Below, in pieces: positions 55,441 to 64,000 of a stretch of 64,000 nucleotides of DNA. How positions within the stretch are numbered: position 1 is the stretch's first letter; each line of letters starts with the position of its first letter. Location: positions 25,234,001 to 25,298,000 of the forward strand of contig OZ024751.1 of NCBI GenBank assembly GCA_964016885.1. Reading direction: 5' to 3'. The position numbers were made by a program, and so were the translations under genes. This DNA comes from Eledone cirrhosa (taxonomy: Eukaryota). A model generated the notes under the pieces. That model saw only the letters and a program-made list of their open reading frames with translations, was not told the origin of the DNA and did not search any database.

Positions 55441-57378
55441 GTTATTATTATTATTATTATTATTAATAATAATATTACTATCATTTTTATTATCCATATT
55501 ATTATTAATATTAATATTATTTTTAAATACCAATAACCCTCATGTTATATTTTACTAATCTACTGCAATTTGTACAATTAATTAACAAATAGTTTCACAT
55601 GCAGATTTTTTAAATACAATTCTCTAGAATCCACATAATCAGAACACTGAATCTCTGGATTACCCAGAATTAGATCGGTCTTTCTATATTTCCGACTAGT
55701 TTAGGACCTTTTTCTATTATTTTTATCTAAAAGTAAAATCCAAAAAATCAATATTTACATAAATAATTGCAGGAGATATGATTTTTTCAAACAATAGTAA
55801 GTGGATCGAATAAAGATACCAAGATGTGTTTGAAAATATCCTCTGTTAAATTTATTTATGTATGAAAATAAATAAAGGTTCTCTAAATGTTAATAATATA
55901 AAATTTGGAAATTTTTTGCGAAAGTTTTTTATCGGGATTCTTACAAGAAGAAGAAGAATCGAAACATATTAAGAAAGTGAAAAATAAGTTCAAATTATAA
56001 ATACATCTAACTCCAAACACTATGCAGAGGATGGAAGAGAAATTTTTGAAATATATTTCATTTATTAAATCCCCAAATAAAACTGGGTTTTATGTTATTC
56101 ATGGGAAAAATATAAAACAAAAACAGCAATAGAATTTCCAACGCTATGGGTTTTTGAATTGTTATTGATTTTTTTTCTAAAAAGAGATACATTTTCATTA
56201 CCTCTGTTTTATATATTTACACTTTTTTCCTTTCAAATATATATACATACATATATATATATATATTCTCTGTTACACTGTTTTAAGTACTATATATTTT
56301 TTGACCTATCTTAAAATATGAGTTAATCTATGTGTTGTTGTTTTGAAAAAGTCGAAGAAGAAGAAGACACAAAAGAAGCCTACAATAAAGGGGTAGATAG
56401 GCTGTTGTTTCTCTCCAGTTATAATATGGAACTTCTCTATAGATATATTGTTTTACAGACAGAAGTGAATGTTGCTATGTTAAACTATATTCATATTACT
56501 GAATACACTGATCATCGACAACAATAACAACACAAATAACTATTTAAAGTTGCAATACATCACGTGATTCCATTTCTTCTTCCATTGTATAAACGTTACT
56601 GGTTCAATTTTATCAACAATAACAAAAACATCAACAACAAAATGGTCCACTTCTGTTAGGATCCTTGCCTTTATTTATACAACACAATTTACCACAAATC
56701 ATTTTATTCCACAATTTTATTGTTATCGTTATGATCATCCATATATTCTTAAGTGCTTTATTTTAAAAATATAAAATTTATACATGAGTCTGTAATTCAG
56801 TATGAATTCACAAAACATCATTGAAAAACATGTTAGTTACTCTAATCAATACTTAAATTTAAATTTAAATATTAAAATCATTACACGTTAATTAAGACTT
56901 AAAATTATTAAATTTAATTAATACTTAAAATCATTAAACGTTAATTAAGTCTTAACATCAAATACTAAAAAACACTACTTACAGTGTAAACCATCATTTT
57001 CTAAAACTAAGATAGTTAATAGATAAAAACAACGTAAAACAAACGAGATTAGTTAAAATTATGTTATCAATAATATGCAGATTCATGGAATTATAGAATA
57101 GTTAGTTCCGATTCTTTATGTCGTGAAGTTATGTCAAATAATTTAAAAAGATTTGATTGAAATATTTTCAGATAAAATGTAGTTTCGTCGACAGCTGTAT
57201 ATGTTTTATATATGACTAACACTTTGAATATAAATAATGGTCGTTAAAATGGTGAATACAGATCCATATATACTTAGGTGATAAACATGTGTAGTATTGA
57301 AAGAAATGAAGGGCGAAATAAACGATAATATTATAAAAGTATTTAAATTTCTTCTAGCTCAAAACATCTCTCTCTCTC

Positions 57379-57409
<31 letters not shown>

Positions 57410-57442
57410 ATCTATATCTCTCTCTCTCTATCTCTCTCTCTA

Positions 57443-57533
<91 letters not shown>

Positions 57534-57703
57534 ATCTATCTATCTATCTCTCTCTCTCACTCTCTCCCCTTCTCTGTATGCATACAGGCAAACAAACAAG
57601 CAGAGAGACACACATACAGACACTCACAAACAAACGCGCATACACACATACATATATACATGTGTGTATATTTATATATGTGTGTATGTGTGTGTGCAGG
57701 TTC

Positions 57704-57752
<49 letters not shown>

Positions 57753-60177
57753 GATATATAAATATTTACGAATATAACTGCATATAAACACATTACATTC
57801 ACACACATATGGGTGTATTTTTTAAGGAAGATACACAAGCATATAATATTATTCATGCATATAGAAAACACACACGTATACAAACGTATGTGTCATATGT
57901 ATGCTTCACTTTGTCTGCATATACGTGTGCATGCTTATATGATTATAATGTATTATAAAAGTATCTTTATTAAGGATAAATATATTCTTAAAAATATAGA
58001 CTAAGTAACTATGCATGTAATATATAGAAAGAACATATTAAAAACATTGTAAATATTATTGATGACGTTAGAATATTTTAAAAAATGGCTACTACACAAA
58101 GTCTGTTATTCGTTTTAGTTTGTTTAGTTACTGTCACTTATATCATATATGTTGATTTGTCTAAGTTTTATTTTTTACTAGTCTCTGAATATTAATATTC
58201 TCGACGCAACTCCTGCGATTTTTTCAGTCGTTCCATTGTTTTCTGCATCTGAACTTTTCCACCTTCTCAATCGAAGAGTTCAAAGCTCAGTGAAAGTAAC
58301 AATGGTTCTACTGAACAGGTAGCAGTAAGGACGCAAATATTTATCACGAATTCCCACTTCCCCAACAAATCAATCAGCATTTATGTATTAATTGACATTA
58401 TTTGAAAATACTAAAAACTACAGATTTATGACACGACATACGAAATTACCCCAAAAATATTTTATACAGGATGGCCCATGAATCATTTTTTTTCTTGTTT
58501 GCTTGTTTTTCATAATAATTTTACACATTACTCCGTCGTGAAATGTCCATGATATATTTCAAATCCCAGGTAACGTATTTTCGAAATCCGAAATAAATAT
58601 TAAAATTATATTATCTACAAAATATATTAATTTTGTAAATGGTAAAGCGATTTATGGGCCTCGCTGTATTAGGGGTTAGCAAAGTTTTAGGACGTTAATA
58701 TGTGTATAAACATTTTCTCTGTACAATCGTGACTATAAAACTCAAAACATTTTGATATATATATATATATATATATATAAATATATACATATTTAATCAT
58801 ATCCATATCTTAAACATACAGGCTCTTTATTGTATTCATGTGTATCTTCCACTGAAATTGGATTTGATATTTACTTTATACTATACATATTGTTGTATAA
58901 ACTAAAGCACTCCTGTATCACTTTCTAAGTTGTAGAAGTAGTTATACCTATACTGTATACTGCATAATATACAGAAAAAGTTTACATTAACGAATGAAAA
59001 TAATTTACAAAATAATGGATGAAAAACTAATAAGTGCCAAAATAGAGAAATAAAACTATTTATAAAATAATATAAAGTTATAAATTAAATAAGAATATAT
59101 CAATAATATATATGGTAGATTGTATATAAAAGACATTTCTTTCTGAAATCTCGTCAACGAATATGGCAATTATATTTGGCATCATACTTTATTCCAAATG
59201 TACATTTATCCTTTAACATTAAATTGTAAGTTGCAATATTCTGTAATATAAAATTAACTGTATAGTCAAATTAGTATAACTTCGTACAATACTGTAAATC
59301 ATGATATACTTAATTAATATTATATAGAAAATAGGATCAAAATATTATTTCCATAAGCAAAATTATGTTGGTTACACTCAAACATATGTTCTAAAAATCA
59401 AAAACAAAGACACTTTGCATGAAATTATATCTAGTAGACAGACTGGTGCCTTTTTCTTCGTATACCCTATCAAAAGTTTGAAAAAATGTTCTTTACTTTT
59501 GATATATTCTTAAATAACTTTATGTTGTTCCTAATGTAATAGAATTATTGTCTGTGACATGATTATTTTCATGAATTTTTTTTCTCAAAATATAAAAAGT
59601 AAAATATAATTATTACATATTTTTTTTTTTTATTTCGTTATTAATTTTCACTAAAAAAAAATATCAACAACAAAATTCATTGTTCTCAATTATTGTATTG
59701 AATTTTGTGTTGGCACTTTGTTTCTGTGCAAACAGTCCTTAACGAAATTGTATTCATGTCTTCTCTTAACACATAGGTGACATCAATAACAAACATTCTG
59801 CAAAGAAGAAGCAAGTGGTAATTTAACGAAATAAGAAATATAAAAGTAATAAAGTTTTAATATCATACATTAGATTTATCATTAGTTCATGTTAAATAAT
59901 TATTTTTCATGTTGCATATATGTATGAAGCTGTAGTGAATAGATCCTTTGTGGAAACCCTATTAAAAAACAGTTCAATAGGTTAATAAATACATAATTAT
60001 AATGCACAAATTACATTTTAAAACATTTGTTTGTCTTCATTTAGAATTTTGAGTTGCCTTTCATTTAGGTTTCATCTCTGTCAGTATATGGTTATATGTA
60101 TGTAGATTGGTTGGTAGTAGTGCGAACCTATCCATGTATTTGTCAATATACTTATTTCATCTGTGTCTATCTCAATG

Positions 60178-60221
<44 letters not shown>

Positions 60222-60258
60222 ACACACACACACACGCATATATGCATACATTCATACT

Positions 60259-60291
<33 letters not shown>

Positions 60292-60419
60292 GTAGAACAC
60301 TGGAAGGTAATGTCCGTAGTGGTAGAGCACTCAGTCCATGGGACGAGTTAGGTAGAAGTGGTAACACAACAGTTAGTTCACCATGCCGAGAACAATTGTT
60401 TCACCTTAGCGGATCCTCA

Positions 60420-60595
60420 GCAGAACTCAAGCCGTTTCGACGGCTATTTCTGGACTCAGTCCAGAAATAGCCGTCGAAACGGCTTGAGCTCTGCCGTCGG
60501 GGTTAAACTTATTCCTATTACCCACTCTACTACCCTAAGTATTGAGTACTCTGGTGCGTTATGGTCCATCTGGTTCTTTACCACACTTCCTTCGT
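60420..60595. mobile_element. Fold-back element family D (75-bp palindrome 60420-60494 plus tail)
   Basis: Hammerhead 3' half GAAACGG-cttgagctctg-CCGTC-gggg. The tail cccactctactaccctaagtattgagtactctggtgcgtta is shared with 61842-61915 and 62090-62155. Confidence 0.75.
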
Positions 60596-60915
60596 TATAT
60601 ATATATATATATATATACATATATATATAATACAATAACAGAGATAGTTTAAAGCTAAACTCTGACTGGTAACCATCACACTCAACAAATATTAGGTTAT
60701 ATTTAAATATAAACCCAATTTAAGTGTTTGGGGTGCTAACAATATGTATAATGTGGAAAAACCAGTTGTATTATTTTATGAGATATAATTAAAGTTAAAG
60801 TATATCTCTCTTTCCAAACAATTGTTTCATTATAAGTTTTCTACAAGTTGGGAAAATATTTCCAGTTTATGTAGAAGCCTAATATATATTCATGTAAGAA
60901 TATATATATATGTAA

Positions 60916-60981
<66 letters not shown>

Positions 60982-61205
60982 ATATGTATATATATGAATA
61001 TGTCATTTATTTTGTTTGACCTGTTTAGCCTGACTTGTTTTCTGGCTTAGGTGGTTAATGGCATCTTGACCGCCTTCTCAGTTTGTATGGCCTTTATAAC
61101 CTATGTTTATTGCTCTGGGCTTTTTAGCCCATGAAGCGCTTGCCAGCATGACTCGGAATCTGCGTTACGTTTCGCTTTTTCTACCCGCCGAAATGCGATT
61201 ATCGC

Positions 61206-61252
<47 letters not shown>

Positions 61253-61515
61253 ATGGTTGAAGTATATATCAACAAGAAGATCGGTTAAACGCCCTATCCG
61301 TCGAAGCGTTACGATTTAATTCTTTTATTTTTTTATTATAGCAATGCAATTATTTGGTATTGCAGTTTTATTATAAACAATGCAATAATGTTAGCCACAT
61401 ATCGATTTCATATCAGTATATTAGTACGAAACAATAATTGGTACTATTAAAACAATTGGAGTTTTACAAATTATGCATATATACATACAGACATACGCAC
61501 ACACACAGATATGTA

Positions 61516-61564
<49 letters not shown>

Positions 61565-61751
61565 TTATATGTATATATATGTATATATATGTATATATGT
61601 ATGTGTGTATATATATATATATATATAGTAATAATAATAATAAATTTGAAGACTAAAATCCAAAGAGGGCTCAATAAGGATAAATATATATGTGCATATA
61701 TAAGAACCGTAGAGCAAATATATGTGCCTATATATATATATATATATATAG

Positions 61752-61916
61752 GAAAAAGTATGACCCCGACGGCAGAGCTCAAGCCGTTTCGACGGATATT
61801 TTGGCTTCAGCTCTGCCGTCGGGATCATACTTTTTCATATTTCCCACTCTTCTACCCTAAGTATTGAGTACTCTGGTGCGTTATAGTCCATCTGGTTCCT
61901 TACCACAATTCCTTTG

Positions 61917-61918
<2 letters not shown>
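61752..61918. mobile_element. Fold-back element family D, second copy
   Basis: Arms 61752-61779 and 61809-61836; same GAAACGG..CCGTC half-motif and tail; flanked by (TA)n. Confidence 0.75.
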
Positions 61919-61985
<67 letters not shown>

Positions 61986-62161
61986 CGTATATATATATGT
62001 GTGTGTGTGTGCGCGTGTGTGTGTGTATGTGTGTAGACGCACTAAACGGCCGGAACTCATCCGTCGGGGTCCTGAATCTTTTCATATTACCCACTCTACT
62101 ACACCAATAATCGATACTCTGCTGGGTTATGGTCCACCTGGTTTTTTTGCCACACCATATC

Positions 62162-62207
<46 letters not shown>

Positions 62208-62213
<6 letters not shown>

Positions 62214-62385
62214 TTCTACAGGACTAGAACTGTTTCATTATTTAGAAATCATCAGGAATGATGATTTCTAAAGAATGAAACAGTTCTAGTCCTGTAGAAT
62301 CTCATCTATATTAAAACTGTTATACTCTGCAATGTATTGAGTACCTTACTTACTGTGGTTACCTCCGATTCAACCCGGAATAACG
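62208..62385. mobile_element. Fold-back element family C (palindrome 62208-62305 plus tail)
   Basis: Near-perfect palindrome centred on the hammerhead CUGAUGA; tail shared with the 27470 and 42500 copies. Confidence 0.8.
62213..62259 (-). ncRNA. Type I hammerhead ribozyme motif, intact core
   Basis: Minus strand AUUC-CUGAUGA-uuucuaaauaau-GAAACAG-uucuaguc-CUGUA-GAAU: stem I AUUC/GAAU, stem III ACAG/CUGU, GUA triplet; stem II is weak. Confidence 0.7.
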
Positions 62386-62964
62386 TATATATATATATAG
62401 TTTCATGTGCGTGTATCTGTTTTCTTTAAAGCCAATCTTATTGAAAATACTTCTAATCTTCCATACCAACATGGAACATCATTTAGAATGAATGTGGAAG
62501 AAAAACGATAAAAAGTAACATTTTTTTCCTATTAGTAATCAAAACCAACTATACGAAAATCGATTAAAAATTTTCTTTTTTTCTTGCAACCAAAAAATGT
62601 GGATTAGTTAAAAGAAAACATCAAATCACTTTTTGTTGAATATAAAATCTTTGTAAGTATTGAAATCTATGGATGGATGCAACGTTATAATATTTTTATC
62701 AATTTCAATCTTGAGAATTCAATATTAATTTAGCAATTTTAGCTAATTAATAGGGAAATATCTATAGCCAATCAATCTTACGATGCGTAAAGATTATTTA
62801 AAATCCAGCTACTATAATCTCTTTATTATATTCGAGCGGTTTCTTCGCTTATGATTGTATATAAATGTATAAATGTATATGTATAAACGTATATAAATAT
62901 ATATGTATATATATATATATATATATACATATGTATATAATTATATATATATATGTATATAATT

Positions 62965-63290
62965 ATATTGTTATACTTGGGGTGTAATATTACCAGATTA
63001 ATAACAGAACACGCTGTTTGGTTGGTTTTCGCTTTTCGCTTCTGTTTTATATCGGTAATCTAATTTATTCGGTCCTCAATGTTGCCATTGACTGACCAAC
63101 GGTCAAAAATACAGATACAATATAGACACAAACACATATATATAGTTTATGAAAGTTCTTTCGAGTGTGTTCTGAGTGTGTTCTGTTATTAATTCTGGCA
63201 ATATTACACAAATATGACCCTCCCCAAGTATAACAATATTTGTTTCGACACACGATTTCATATCAAAAACCTCGCAAAACTATATAATTA
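62965..63290. mobile_element. Fold-back Penelope terminal remnant
   Basis: Arms ~62965-63012 and ~63177-63240. The motif ctggcaatat...atatgaccctccccaa(g/a)tataa is shared with the end of the Penelope element (9145-9188) and partly with 16268-16290. Confidence 0.7.
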
Positions 63291-64000
63291 TATAATACGT
63301 ATGTATATAATTATATATATATATGTATATATACGTATATATATATGTATATTTAAGTATATATATAAGTATATATATATGAATGTATGTATAGTATATT
63401 TGATAATACACTCTATGTTTATTTAACAACATTTTGAAGACCATTCGCTATGAATTTTAAAGTGGTAACTATGTCACTTACTTGGTCTCGGCAAAAAGAA
63501 AGGGAAGTAACTGACGGCTGTTCCTCGCTCGTGAGCGGTTATCAAGATTGCAAATTCCTTCGCTTCAGCCGAGATTGATAGAAGCTGGATTCTTATAGAA
63601 TTCCAGTGATGTTTAGCTGGTTATATATATATATATATATATTACTCTTTTACTCTTTTACCTGCTCCAGCCATCCGGCTGAGGCCATGCTGGGGTATAT
63701 ATATATGTATATCCGGTTGGCATTTAATGTCCGGAAAGGTTTTAGGCACTACCATTGTTACTGTCGCACTATTTCTCGCCATGGGACTTGGAGACTGAAG
63801 CCGAATGCTAACATCGTATTGTAGAGCGATTAGAGACTGAATTTGTCTAATAAGCAATCTTTCACTAACTTATTAATTTGTGTTTGAGATACATTGGCTG
63901 AGTGATTATGGCGGGAACATATGCATGTATGTGTTCAAATCGTAATGGACCAGAAACGCTAAGGTGAAAAAAATACTAACTATAGACAATAGGGTTTGCT

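Overview
AT-rich, microsatellite-dense animal genomic DNA, probably a coleoid cephalopod (inferred from the recurrent SINE and repeat landscape, not verified). The only host gene is the 3' half of a + strand TRPC-family cation channel. Eight phase-compatible GT-AG exons (2272-54613) encode S1-S6, the LFW pore helix, the TRP box EWKFAR and the C-terminus, with a ~40 kb intron between S5 and the pore helix. The introns hold ~14 copies of one tRNA-derived SINE, a decayed Penelope-like element (RT + GIY-YIG), a fold-back DD41D Tc1/mariner, a hAT MITE, RTE/CR1/gypsy/mariner fragments and two large minisatellites. The most notable unannotated signal is a set of short elements embedded in (TA)n tracts. 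Most are inverted duplications (fold-backs), and many carry complete, degenerate or halved minimal type I hammerhead ribozyme motifs (CUGAUGA...GAAAC...GUH), often followed by AATAAA. They look like non-autonomous Penelope pLTR/retrozyme-like elements. All alignments and folds were done by eye.
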